From assembly GCF_018977255.1 (NCBI RefSeq), contig NW_024704742.1, forward strand, positions 83,392,001 to 83,456,000: a stretch of 64,000 nt of DNA. Reading direction: 5' to 3'. Source of the stretch: Callorhinchus milii (Eukaryota). Shown here one piece after another: positions 37,605 through 51,224 of the stretch (the stretch's first letter is position 1; each line of letters begins with the position of its first letter). The translations under genes were made by a program, and so were the position numbers. The notes under the pieces are model-generated. The model searched no databases. It was not told the origin of the DNA and was given only the letters and a program-made list of their open reading frames with translations.

Positions 37605-38040
37605 TATCAGTTTTGTTGGTAAGAATCAGGCTTCAGAAGATTGTGAGTTCCAAGTCTCACAAAAGGATTCTGAGTTCATAGTCCAGGCTGTCACTCTAGT
37701 ACAGTGCTGTTGGGAGCGCTGCATTGCCAAAGCTGCCAACCTCTGGCTGAGACCTTAAACTGAGGTCCCTTTAACAGTCTTTAATGTCCACTGTTCAAGT
37801 GGACGTTAAAGACCCAATGACACTGTTTGAAAAGAGAAGCCAGTGTCTCACGGTGTCCCTGGCCAACATTCCCCACATAACAAATTGTTCATTCCATTCA
37901 TGGCTGTTTGTGGGACACTGCTCTCTGCAATTTGTTGCCAAGTTTGTGGACAAATAATCATCACACTTTATAGGAAACTCTGCAAAGCACTTGGAGACAT
38001 TTCAACATGATAAAGAGGCTACATCATTTGCATTATTATT
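37605..38040 (+). mobile_element. Old full-length DeuSINE (SacSINE1-like)
   Basis: ccaggctgtcactctagtacagtgctg...ttaaactgaggtcc...gtggacgttaaagaccc...ggtgtccctggccaacattcc. Confidence 0.72.
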
Positions 38041-40338
38041 TGCAGCAGAAACCAGCAGGATACACCTGACAAATTCCGAGCAAACAATTGACAATGTAGG
38101 AAACTGGATGATTGCTAAGTAACACCCCAGGATATAAATCACCTACATTTTGAAAGAATGTATGGGTGGTTATTAATGTAGTTATCTACAAAAAGAGCTC
38201 TAATCCTGAAAAGATTCTTGGGTACAAAAGAAAATAAGCTCTTAAACCAGTCATTTCAACTGCGCGTCTACACCTGCTTCCAAAATGGAAAAGCTTTCAA
38301 ACAGCATGAAGCCCAAGAGCTTTCTCAGTACTAAGTTTAAAAGATTATCTGTCTGGAAACTCAAAATACAGACGGCTGGCTCAACAGAAACAGTGGCGTT
38401 AAGGAACCTGCCAGGTTCTGACAAGGCAATTGTCAGAAGGGGCAAATCTTTGGATATGTCCAAAAATGAAGAAAATGGCCTTTCTTCCAATCCCAATTGT
38501 GAAGAAAAATATAAAAGCAATGCAGTAACAAGAAAAACTAATTACAGCTTGCTCCATCAGCCAGGTACTATGTTACAATCCAATCTGACTATTTACTCAT
38601 GCTTTTTCAATCACAAACCAAAGACTGTTTATAAGACATTGATATGTGCAAACTTCTACGATATTTGAATACGTATATGCAGTCACTATATTTGACAGCA
38701 ATTACTCACCACACACTGAGAGTTACATTATAGGTGCTATATTAAATGCAAGCAATGTGATTGTATATTTATGCACACATTGCTGACAGGGTTTCAGAAT
38801 TAGAACGAATAATGTGTTGTGTTACAGAGCCAACAGAATAATTAGTTACTTTCCTGGGTGACAATAATAATCCTTAAATTAGTTTACGGATTTTCACCTT
38901 ATATTCATTTTCTCTGGTTCTGCACACTAATCATTATAAGATTCACACCATTAATTTTATCTAAAAAAGTATTGGGATTCACTTGGGAAAGTCATCATAC
39001 AAATATTTCACAAAATTGAGGTAAACAATTTTGGGTTCACTGATAGATGGAATTTAGATGCCAATATCTCACATTTACTCTGATAAAGGAGAAAATAGTC
39101 CACATAACCGAGTCTCCAGCATCCAGAGACACTTCATCTATTATGGACTCATTAATATTATAGTTTCATAAAACAGTGGTCATCCTGAAGCAAGGATTTG
39201 AAAGTATTCAGGAATGTCGTCAGCAAGAATCCATATGGAACATAACTGTATCAACAATTTTAAGTATATTTTAGTTAGGGAAAACATTCAAGTTTAAGTT
39301 AAAATCTAAACTTTCAAAACAAAGCATGTACTTTTTTCTTACACAGTTTATAAAATATCAGTAGTATTCCTTGAAATGCAAGTCCATTGTGTCAACTGTG
39401 GGACATTTTGATTTGCTCTCAACAGGATAAAAATTAACATTATTCTCCAACAAAGTACCTTCAATGCCTTGGGACGTCCTCCCGACGTGAAAGGCGCTAT
39501 ACAAATGTAATCTTGTTGTTGTTGTAATCTCATATTTCACCTTGGTCCATATTAGAAAAATATCATTTTTATTTATTAGTTTAGGTAAACAGAGTGAATA
39601 AACTGCACCATGTCCCAAGGAAGTTGACTTATGAGCAGCTGAAGCAAAGCACATTAAATTTCTCATTTGTCTTGACACAATCTAGAAAAGCTAAATTAGG
39701 TACAATTGCTTCTACATATTCCAAGACTGTCTGCATCAGTGGCCATGGTAAATTAATTGATTCAGCCTTTCCAATACAATTAATTTTCAACTTCCACGCA
39801 ACATGTACCGAAGTGAACAGAGCAGATTTAAAAATAGACACATTCAAGCTCCTTCAACAGAGCAAAGTTGTTAAACAATGCAAAATTTTATGTAATATCA
39901 TAGAGCGTCATATTTTTTAAACAGTACTCTCAAACCTATGTTGGAACATAAAATACGCAGAATTCAAAATCATTGCATTTTTCTTAAAAAAGGTGAAATA
40001 CAGTCAATATAGAACACTAAGGTGACAACACCTCACTTATAAAGCACCTTTTACATAAGGTGAACATCTCAAAGTGCTTTACAATGACTAACAGCTTAGG
40101 GTTAGAATAATAAATTACTGAAATTGATTGCAATTTCAAGTACAATTATGATTGGTTTGTGATTATCAGTGTGAAGTTATATCCTTGCATTTAGAATGCA
40201 GTATCTCTTTGGCAACAGAGACAGCAAAATACAGGAGCCAAAATGTATACAAAATGTTGGATAAATCTACTTATAGATTCTACAGTTTTTAAATCACAAA
40301 GCTTTCACCGTTCAATTATATGCAATTGTTGTATTGCT

Positions 40339-40395
40339 TGTGTGTGAATGTGTGTGTGTGGGGGGGGGGGGAGGGGGGGGTTGGGGGTTGGGAGG
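40339..40395 (+). repeat. (TG)n followed by G-runs
   Basis: tgtgtgtgtg then four G tracts separated by a, tt, tt. Confidence 0.85.
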
Positions 40396-42752
40396 TTGTT
40401 ACAGAATCGACTGATGGGCAATTAGAGACTGAATCTGCTTCCAAACTGGCAAGTACAGTATGAAATGTTCAATTTGTGTAACATTCAATCAGTGCAGAAA
40501 ATATGTAAAATTACACATTCAAAAGTTTGGCTGATCCATCTTAATTGGTGCAGATCCAATTGCCTGAGTGATTCTCTGATGTTCACCTCATTACATATTG
40601 GCTAGAAGCTTTTCATGTATCATATAATGAGGCATATAAAGAGAGATGACTGAACAGACAGAATAACTACTTTTTTTCTTTTCACCAATTTTTTCTTTTC
40701 AACTTCCCTGATAAAACTTCCATCCACCTCCCCAAATCACTTGAGTGTTGACACCTTGCTGAAGCACAGCCCCATGTACACTGTTTGATGAAACTAAGTG
40801 TTTGAGATTTACATCAGCCTTTATTTAAAAATACTGTATTGACAATATACTGAATATACTGCACAATACATTTCACACTTATAATAGTGCCTTTCATGTC
40901 GGGAGACCGCCCCAAAGCCTTGACAATTCTGGTTGGGCGCCGGTGCTGAGGAGATGACCGAAAGCACAGTCAAAGAAATACATTTTGTTACGTACAGGAG
41001 GGAAGGGAGCAAGTCAGATGGAGAAGTGGCCCATCCGGGATGGGCAATAGGAGGGAGGAAATTAATGGTCGTGAGTGTAACTATACTGTGTGAATGAATT
41101 TCCGGTTTGTTTCCATCACTTCCTGTCTCTCTGTTCCTATCATGTCTCCCTGTGGGTTTGTTCTGTCTTTCTCCGAGCCTTTGCCTCTGTGTCTCTTGCA
41201 CACATTCTCACTTGCTCTTTCCCATCTCTAGCTTTCATCACATTCACTTTTCCCTCTTTCAGACTCAGTCACTCGCACTCTGTACCTCTTTGTCTATTCT
41301 CTTTACCTTCCTCATAGAGATTATGCAATACTCGCTCCCTTTTGTTTTAGGTTGCTCTTAACTCCCACTATCAAACTCACCCAAACTGCTTCCCCTAACT
41401 TCCCACCCCTTCCTCTCCCTTCCTTCTAACTCATCTTCATTCCTCGTCTTCTCACATTCATCGCTTCTCCCCTTCCCTGCCATTCTTTTCTATACAATTC
41501 TTCTTTTCCCATATCCTTTTAACTCACACCATGTTTTAATGGAATGGAGTGAAAATGTCTAAAAGTCATATCACTTCCTGCACACGTGGCTTATATCATT
41601 CCTTTTCAAATGGCCACACTGACATCAGTTCCTTTATACTCCTGATGCACTGACATAGGAAGTGTTACTGACATCAGAAGAGTCAGCACCATGTGTTTCT
41701 AGTGCAGTCACCTGCTGTTAGTGCAAGGGGACTGGGGTAAGAGAGAGAGTGAAGAGCAAGAGGAAGAACAGTGTAGATAGAGGTGAGAGAAAGGATATTT
41801 TGTGTGTGCCGAGGAGTTTTATTAACAGGGATTTTTTTTAACCAAAAGCACAGAGAGATTTTTTTTAAATGGATATGATATTACTCTAGGTTTTTAGCAA
41901 TTTGATTGGTTTAAAAGCTGCATACTGGACATTACAATTCTTCACTCTGTGCAAGTGGATGTTTGTGTGATATTCAGTGGTCTAGCCATTCTCACAGTGG
42001 AAATGTACAAACCAGTGCTTTGGGGATTGAGGGAAAGCATGGGATCAGATAGAGGACTATCACATGATACTTTTAAGTTATTTTGGGGTTTCTCTTATAA
42101 TTTCCATTATAGACATTTTTTTGATGGTTCTTCTTTTACTAAAGGCTATGGATGTGCATTTTGTTCATTTTGAACTATACTTTTGACGACAGTAGAAGGA
42201 GAAAGTAAAATAAGTGTGTAAGGCCTCTATATGTTTATATATATAGATTAATAAACAACCTTCAGGAGGTCATAACACAATAACATCTCTGCACTGTATA
42301 GTTTTTATATACAGTATAAATTATTTGCATTGTGTCTGGGAAGGATGTTGTGACCCACTGAATCCTATATAAATTCAGAATTAATGCACAGCTATTACAT
42401 CCCATTACTTTGAAATTGAAATCCTGACATCACTGACACACATAGAGATTTGCTGCCTTCCTCCGGCAGGAATGGCTCAGCGGCCAGCTGGTGACAGCTC
42501 TTAATACTGGAAGTTTGCTTCTACAAAACATACAAAACAGACTTCACAGAAGATCCAAAAGTCAGAGAAATGAAATCTGCCATTTTCAATAGAATTGTGC
42601 CGTTTTCACTAAAATGATGACTCTAAGGCACACAGAGCATTTAACCTCAAAGATTTCTATATACCTTGAATCAGTCTTGACTACACAGAAACATTGTACT
42701 GTAGTTCAACCAAAAAATACAACAGAGAATAAATAACACACTGTGTACTCAC

Positions 42753-42861
42753 AAGCTTTAATCTTTGCAAAGGTATCCTGGTGACATCCACGGGGCCACG
42801 GTCTGCTACATTCACAAACCTTGCTTCGGGAATTGCCACAGCGCACATCACGTGAGCCCAC
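42753..42861 (-). CDS. KDM4C: KDM4C-like coding exon (Zn-knuckle, second half, leading to PHD2)
   Basis: Acceptor ttctgcag|G, donor CTT|gtgagt. 109 bp, phase 2 to 0. (R)[36 protein letters not shown]. Confidence 0.95.
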
Positions 42862-43489
42862 CTGCAGAACACGAGAGGCAATCTAAATAATGTGATGAAA
42901 TACAGAGATACGCTGGTATTCATTTTGTCTTCTGTTTGTAAGAATGCTTGCCTGTTAAACTTGACTTGGAACCCATTTTGATTTCATACACAAAACAATC
43001 TCAGGATATAGTGAAACCAGTTTCTTTTTACCTTCAGTCCACCTAATTGCTAAGTCTACCCATGTACGTTAAAAGCCGAAAGGCTGCAGGTCAATAACCA
43101 ATTATTGTCAGTCTTGTATAGATGATATCTCACTAGTGAAGGTGAATTATGGCAGCTCTCTCCACGTCTGAAAGAAAAGCCCATTACTCAGAGGCATCAA
43201 AGTGAGGCAGATTCATGATGCTTTTTTTCATGAAAGAAAAGATCCCTGGAACTCACCATTATCTGTTTATTCTTATGACACATTGTTCTTGATTTTAAAA
43301 AAAAATGCCTCTAAACAAATACTGGAATTCCAGCTCCAGCAATTGGCAATGGATTTCTAATTAACACAGGGAATGGGTTTGGAAACATTGCAAATTTACC
43401 TCCATGGCAATTCAACTATAAAAAGTTTCTTGAATGAGGACCAGGTATAACCTACCCTATCACAGACTCCACCACAGCTATCCAACAAG

Positions 43490-44030
43490 AACTTGCATTA
43501 ATGTAATAGAGGGTGATGTTTTAAAGCATTTCACAGAGACAGTGCTGGACAGCAAGCAGGGAAAGGTGGGGGTGGGGGGGGGGGGTGCAGGGGGGTAGGA
43601 GAGATGCAACTGTAGGCAAATACAAGGTGGTAGATTTCAGAAGGCATTTAAGGATAGATAAAGAGGGAGTGATAACATGAAGGGATTTAGGGGGGAATTC
43701 CAGAGGGTAAGGGTATAGTGGGTGAAGGCTTGGCTGCGACTGATCTGGGAAGAGTAGTGGGCAGCAGGCTCGAGTCAGCCAAACTAGGAGAGTGAGACTA
43801 GAAAAGGTCACAGAAATAACAAAGGGCAAAGGCATGTAAGGATTTGTTCATGAGAGGGGAGGTCTCAATCTGCTGGAAGAAAGTGCAATTGGCAAAGACA
43901 GGTGATGGCCAAACAAAGCTTGATTTTGGGTAAGGAAGTGAGCGCTTCCTGAATAGCCGAGCTGGGGAGGCTGGCTAGGAGGGCATGGGAGAAGGTCAAT
44001 ATGATGGTAATGAAGGGTTTAGGCCATATT
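43490..44030 (-). mobile_element. Old L2 3' fragment
   Basis: Purine-rich segment with gaattccagagggtaaggg and aacttgcatt tail motifs; heavily decayed. Confidence 0.55.
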
Positions 44031-44547
44031 GGTCAGGATGGAGACAGGTGATCATGAAGAAAAGGCAGATTCACCAGTAATCCTAATATCTGCACTAACT
44101 GGGACCAGCCCCAGTGTGGGTATGAAAACAAGGTGGATATCAGGTCATCAGGCATATCCAATGCTTATTGAACACACTTCAAACTTGGGAAAAAGTATTA
44201 GTAGACAACGCAATCATGCATGCAACTAAAGCTTTTTTTTGTCAATGTTCAATCCAACTTCACTTCCACATCTCAACCTTGATATGGAGAAGTGGGCATT
44301 CACTTATCTGGCTTATGATACACAACGCTATATTGAATTTAGATTTGGTTTCAACCTGGAGATACAGACCACATTTAGACTTATAATTAGCCTAGAGAGA
44401 TGCATAACTTTCCTTTACAGTTCAGTCTTGAGCTGACAGGTTCCCTTCATATCTTTTGAGTGGAATTTGTGAAGTCATTTCTAAGTATTGAAATTCTGCA
44501 GCAACCTTGGATAGGAAATCTGGCAACTGTCTTAAACCATATTATCT

Positions 44548-44868
44548 ATAATAATAATATATTAATCCTTGCATTTGATATAGCGCTTTTCACGTCTTCT
44601 AGACCTCTCAAAGCGCTTCACAGAATAGATTGTAAAGTGAATTGACTGTATATTTGTGGGTGAAACGCAGGAGCCAATTGCGCACAGCAATGTCCCACAA
44701 ACAGTCGTGGATTGAAAATGACCAATTTATTATTGTTTTGTTTTGGAGGGATTATTATTAGGCTCTGTGTGGAGTAAGGAAACTTGCCCAAGGTTTCGCG
44801 CTGCCTGGAATTGAACCCAGGTGTCTCGCTTGCAAGGCGAGTGCTCTAACCACTGAGCTACAGGACTC
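44548..44868 (-). mobile_element. Young tRNA(Ala)-headed SINE, full length
   Basis: Reverse complement of the 11163 family along its full length. Confidence 0.92.
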
Positions 44869-46884
44869 TATGCATAGATAGGCATATGAAGAGTGAAATA
44901 CACTTCTCTCAATTCTCCTTTCAGAAATATTAGGACTGTTGCTTCTAGTAAGCATACTTCTCACTATTCTGATGACAGTAGTTCGAAGAGTGTATGCACA
45001 TGTGACAGGCCCCACTCAAAGCTACCCGATTCCCGCTGTGAACACAACACAGACGTGTAGTCTTAGAAACCAGTTGACAATGAAGGTAGTTTCTCCACTG
45101 ATGCAGTGGTGCTGGCTGATACCTGCTCTTTGAAAACAACATATATGCCAATCTTTTCTAGAAACCTTTCTTTACAGAAACCTTTGAATGAAAGCAGGGG
45201 TCAGGTTTTTATAACTGAATGAATGATCAAACATCTTCCAAATTCTGGAGTACAATCTTTATATAAAATAGATTATAGATCAACACAATATCTTTCAGTA
45301 TCTGTGTCATGAAATTGAAAGTTACAGGCATAGTTTGATCTTGAAATACAATGCGTGTAGGGGGGAAAGAAGTTACAGAGGATGTAGTAGCGAGTTTCAA
45401 CTTCAGCTGTCATCATCAGTAATTTTATCTATTGAGACTATATTCTTATGGTATCATCCATCTCCTGATTTACCTCAATGCCGTGGAATAATAGAGAGTT
45501 TCTCTGGGAACACAAAGCAATATGGTATTGTTGCAACACTGATCAAGAGTCCTGTTGTATTTGAAACAAAAAATAGTTGTTGCCAAACCAGAATCTACTT
45601 ATAAGATTGCACTGAAATATTTAAGATCAGAAGAGTCTATGCGCTCCATCTGATCAATCCATAAGGAAAGATTCTCCATTTATTGAAGCTGGGACACCAT
45701 TCAATTTATGAGAAGGCCCAGTCTCACAGCAAATTTAGGATCACCTGCAAAAGTGCTCTGAACACATGAGTAAATGTGAAGTTGTTACAGCCTCAAAAAG
45801 GCAACTATGGGTAAACTCTTTATGAATCCTTGAGCAACTGAGGCAAATTCAGATATGTGAACCTTACACTGAAAGTTGATACCCTCTGTGCTGAAACATT
45901 GCTGTGGGAAATCTCGAATGCCAACTTAAAAGCGTGCAACTTTAAAGTCAACTCCTGCCAGTAAGTCTCCTGTATTTCTTCAGCGAACTTGAAATTTTTC
46001 TTCACGATGAAACACTTCAAGAATGGAAAAATGTATGAAAATGTTCCCTTCCTCCTGAGGACTACAATGTGCCTCAGCATGTTGGTTTGAGGCCATTAAC
46101 TTCATAACTGTTTGTAGGTCATTGCTGTGTCTGAATTGGATGCTGTATGCACCTACAAAATACAGTCAATACACTTTATAGTATATCCTCTGAAGCACTT
46201 CGAGACATCCTCCTAACTTGAAAGACGCTATATCAAATGCAGAGAATATTGTTAGTCACATCATCCACGTAGACATTGGTAAGGCTCAGAATTCATCCAC
46301 AGAAAACAATTCCATGAAAACTGTACTATCAAAAGCTAGCGCAGAAAACATTTAAACAGAAAAATCTGTTTGGATCAGTACTTCCTCAAGCTATTTTGTC
46401 TTTGAAGTTATTTGCTATATCTGGCACCTAATATGTCTACGGATAGCCCTAGGAGACCGGAACTCAAACCTCTGCTGACCCCTCCTCGCCCACTTCTCTT
46501 GGGGTTTCTTTTTCACAGCACAGTCTCTCCACAAAGTGAAGCTGTAGAGACTTCAGGGTCCTATCTTTGTTTTCAGCCTTTTAGTCAGCTGTTTTCTTTT
46601 GTCCATTGGGAACATCAGTAATTTTGAGTTGTATCAGGATGCTGAATCTCTGTGGACTGTTTTTTATACTTTTGTCAGAAAATCTTTGGTTAATGTCACA
46701 AAGTTACAGTCTAGAAGGCATCAGAAGCATCCTGCATGTATACTGTCAAGCAAAAAGCTTGATGTGCCTTGGGTATTGTCCATAAGAAAGTAATGGCACA
46801 AAACAACTCGGTACAAACAACTCCAAATCTTAGATTCTAGTAACTTTCTAGTAACATATTCGCAGTTAGTGCACCAGCTCTATC

Positions 46885-46995
46885 TACAAATGATGCTAAA
46901 GACAGAATGTGACTCCAAGTCCTGAAGTGGGGCTTAAACACACTACCGTCTGACTCAGGCAAGTGAGCTACTACTGAGCCAGGCTGACTCACACT
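46885..46995 (-). mobile_element. 5' head of an old DeuSINE
   Basis: Reverse: gagtcagcctggctcagtagtagctcacttgcctgagtcagacgg...tttaagccccacttcaggacttg. Confidence 0.6.
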
Positions 46996-47036
46996 GTCCC
47001 AATCTTCACTTAGAATTGTAGGAGGCAGTAACTCAC

Positions 47037-47092
47037 CTATTATCAGTTGTCTGCTTAAGTGCACCACCCCTCAAATTGCACAGGCAACAATC
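47037..47092 (-). CDS. KDM4C: KDM4C-like coding exon (Zn-knuckle, first half)
   Basis: Acceptor ttttctag|GAT, donor AG|gtgagt. 56 bp, phase 0 to 2. DCCLCNLRGGALKQTTDN(R). Not in the ORF track. Confidence 0.95.
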
Positions 47093-47477
47093 CTAGAAAA
47101 AATGGAAAAACAAGACACATTAAACTATTCATTTTGTCAGTTCTTTCCTATGCATGCAATGACAATTACAAAACATGGCAGCTGCACTATAATTTAAATG
47201 GTAAAATTATAAATGCTAATATCACAAATTGCCACAATGTCACTATTGACTATATACTTATTATAGTCGTATGAATGGGAGCAAAAAAAAATTTAATTGA
47301 AATAAAACACTCAAACTTAAGTGGATATTAATGAAAAAGTCTTCATTCCCCATGCAGTGCGCCAGTCAAAAACATTCTGTCAATGCAAAATGTCTAGCTG
47401 TAAATATAATATGGTATTCCACTGACAATCATTTTTGTTTAAAAATGTACCATGGCAGATCATGTTATCATGTAATT

Positions 47478-48030
47478 CTCAGTTTTACTGATGACATGAA
47501 GATGGGAGGTGGTATAAATTATGAAGAAGAAAGCAGAAAATTGCAAAAGTACAGACAGATTAAGCAAGTGGGTAGAACTATGGCAGGTGATATATAACAT
47601 TGCCAAATGTGAGGTAGTACATTTCAGATTCAAGAACAGAGGATGCTATTATATTTTAAATACAGAAAAACTAAGAGGAACAAAGGGGTCCAAGTCAATA
47701 AATCATTACAATCTAGCTCACAGATACAGAAAGCAACCAATTAGACAAATAATGAGCTTTATAACTGAGGGTCGACAATATAAAAACAAGAGAAAGTGCT
47801 GGGATTATATAGAGAGCTGGCCACCCCTCATTTGGAGTACTGTGTTCAGTTTTTGATTGATAAGCAAAGTATAATAGCCTAGGAGAACATCCAGTGATGA
47901 TTCGCTAGATCAATACCTAAAACGATGCACTGTTACAATGACAGGCTGGCTACATTTGATTCATATTCTTTAGAGTCGGGGAGCAATCAAATTGAGATGT
48001 TTAAAATAATGAAGGCAATTCACAAGAGAG
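47478..48030 (+). mobile_element. Decayed CR1 fragment
   Basis: FTDDMKMGG, WQVIYNIAKCEVVHF, LEYCVQF-like motifs with frameshifts. Confidence 0.78.
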
Positions 48031-48037
48031 GTAATGA

Positions 48038-49290
48038 ACAACTACAATAACAACAACAACAAAATTACATTTGTGTAGTGCCTTTCACGTCGGGAGGACG
48101 TCCCAAGGTGCTGAACAGACAGAGTTACGGACCCAAGCTGAGTGTCGAGATGGGGGAGATGGGAGGGCAGGGGGGAAGCAGGTGATCAGGGAGATCAAAA
48201 GCACGGTCGAAGAGGAGGGTCTTGAAGGTGGCAAGGGAGGGGGCGAGACAGAGGGGCTGTGGGATGGAGTGCCAGAGGGTGGGGACAGAGTGGCGGAGGT
48301 CTGCCCGCCAATAGTGGGGCGAGCGAGGTGAGGTCTTGATGCAGGCCGGAGCCCGCTGAGCGCAGGGAGTGAACAAAGTAGTAGGGGGTTAGGAGGTTGG
48401 AAAGGTAGGGGGAGCAAGACTGTGGAGGGCTTTGAAGGTGATGACCAGGATCTTGAACTGTATCCTCTGTGTGATGGGAAGCCAGTGGGGTCGGGCGAGG
48501 ATGGGGATGATAGGGTCACGGAGCCTGGTGCACGACAGGACATGGGCTGCAGAGTTCTGGATGATCTGCAGCCTGTGAAGGGAGGAGTTGGAGAGGCCGA
48601 CAAGCAGTCAGTTTGCATAATCGAGCCTCGATGTAATGAATGAGTTTATGAGGGTTTCGGTAGCTTCTGGTGTGAGACAGTGTCGGAGCGGGCAAAGTTG
48701 CGGAGGTGGGGGGAGGCAGAGGGGTTCATGGCGCAGATGTGGGGTAGAAAGGATAGTTTAGGGTCAAACAAGACCCCAAGGTTGCGGACTGGCTTAGTAA
48801 GGTGGAGTGTGCAACCGTGGATGGTGATGCTATCAGCGCCTGAGGTGAGAAGATGCTGACGGGAGCCAATCAGGAGAGCCTCGGTCTTGTTGACGTTCAA
48901 CTGAAGAAAGTTAGCTCTCATCCATGACTTGATGTCCGACAGACATTCTGTCAGCGCAGCAGTGGTCCTGGAGTCAAGGCTGGAGGCAGAGAGATAAGAG
49001 TTGAGTGTCATCTGCATACATGTGGAAGTTAACCCCATGTTTACAGATGATGTCACCAAGAGGGAGCATATAGATATTGAAGAGGAAGGGACCAAGGACA
49101 GAGTCCTGAAGAAAGCAGCACGATATGGTCTGGGGACTAGAGGAGAAGTGTTTGATGAGATGAAGTGCAGGCGGTGTGAGAAGTACGATCTGAACCAATT
49201 AGGGACAGTGCTGTGGAGGTTGAGGTTAGAGGAGAGGCGGTGGAAGAGGATAGAGTGGTCGAAGGTGTCGAAAGCAGCAGAGAGGTCAAC
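48038..49290 (-). mobile_element. L2 LINE fragment (RT domain to tail)
   Basis: [56 protein letters not shown]; (CAA)n tail. Confidence 0.92.
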
Positions 49291-50037
49291 TAGTGGGATC
49301 TAACCAAGGAAACTATCTAAACATTAGAGCTAGAATAGTTAGATGGATCAGAAAACATTTCTTCAGGCAGGAAATTGTGAAAATGTTGATTTCATTAACC
49401 CAGTAGGCCATAAAGGCAGAATCCATTGGGATGTTTCAAAGGGAAATAGATGCTCGGAAAATAGGGGGTACAGTCACCTATATCATTGCTAACAGTCACC
49501 AATCGCTGTGTGATAACTGATGTTATGCCCAAAAGACAGAAAATCTTCAACTCATTTTTATTTTCCAGAATATACCAATAGAACACTATGTAGATCTTTT
49601 GCTAATTCCTCTTCTCTTCCCCTCTAAAGACTAACTTCATTTTATTTGGGTTGGGAAGGACTACTGGCATGGGTTTCCTTGCCAAGTGCTCAAATCCATT
49701 ATTTACAATGGCTCATAAGCAATTTTCCACCACAACAACAACAACAAGATTGCATTTATAGAGTGCCTTTCACGTCGGGAGGATATCCCAAGGCACTGGA
49801 CAGTTGGGTCAGGACCCAAGCAGGGGGGAAATGGTCAGGGTGAGGGGTTCATTTGAAGATAGTGGCCCCTACTTGCCTTAAAGACTAAGGTTATATTTTC
49901 AACATAGGAGGACACTTGACACACTGTGTTGGTGCCAACTGCCACCTGTTTTTCTGTGACTTTTTTTATTAATTCTATTACCTCACTTTCCAGCTCTTTC
50001 CCAATATCCCTGAATGATTTTACTGCCCAGGTGCATG

Positions 50038-50393
50038 TCAACAACAACAACTTGCATTTATATAACGTCCTTCACGCGGGATAGCGTCTGGGAGCACTTG
50101 ACAGTGGTGGAGTCTGACAATGAGCCAGGGGGAGAGTGAGTGGGGGTGACCGTAAGCAAGATCAAAAAGGAAGGTCTTTAGGCAGAATTTGAAGGTGGGG
50201 AAGGACTGAGGGAGAGAGTTCCAGAGTTTCAAGGCATAGCGGCGGGGACGAGGGACAAAAAGGAGGCTGGAGCCGGGCAAACAGAGGCAGCAGGTGGTGG
50301 AGTCGGGGATGAGCAGGATGGATAGGTAGGGAGGTGCATGGGCTTGAACGGATTTGAAAACAAGTGAGAGAATCTTGAAATCGATCTGTTCGG
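50038..50393 (-). mobile_element. L2 3' fragment
   Basis: IDFKILSLVFKS...LWNSLPQS..FKFCLKTFLF; (TTG)n tail. Confidence 0.85.
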
Positions 50394-51224
50394 TAGTTCC
50401 CTTTTCAATAATTCCATTGGTCCAGTTTTCAGTTGTCATTTGGGGAAATTAATTGAACATTCTAGCAACCTTGAGTGAAGAAATTCTTTCTAACCTCTCT
50501 CGATTTTACCTCTGCAAGAGATCATATATCTAGACTCTCTGGGGTAAAACAACAGGAAAGCAAAGCACAACCTGGCCTTCCAAGTGTGATATTCAAGAGC
50601 AAAATGGAACGATTGTCATTCTCAAAATTCAGCAAAGTAATTAGCTATTTAATCTCATTGTTGTTTGCAGGAAATAGGTGTTGCAGAATGCTTACCTACA
50701 CTATACTTCAAAGTAACCCATCATGTAAAACCATTTGGAGACATTTCAACATGATAAGGTGCTATATCAAATACAAACACCATTTCCTCTGTTTTACCAG
50801 CCAGTGAAAGTTTCTCAGTATTCTGCTGAGATAATACCGTTGTTGAAGTGAAAAGTTGGTTGAATGCAGTGGAACCAAGTATACATTGAATTACAAACTA
50901 AAATGCCAAAGGCCAAAAATATTCAGTGATTTATTGTTTGGGAAAAAAAGATCATCACTTGACTGAGCAACAGGGCAAAACATCACAACTGATGCTGGCA
51001 ATAGAGGAGTATTACAAAAACCCATTGACTTCTGCAAATTGTCTTCCAAAGAAAAGGAACCCAAAGGGAAGGTCACCTACTTCCTGACAAAGTGCCCTCA
51101 AACAATCACTTGAAACAAATCTTTTGCCATTTAGTGAAATTAAATGATCCATTTCATCCAAAGTATGAGATATAAAAATAAGGCACTCTCCTGAAAATTG
51201 ACAAAGCAATCATGGGTTTTTATC

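Noticed and set aside
44945..45151. Cys/His-rich ORF (SGACHMC) as a PHD2 exon
   Set aside because: Lies between two exons that already join in frame; the wider PHD2 pattern is absent.
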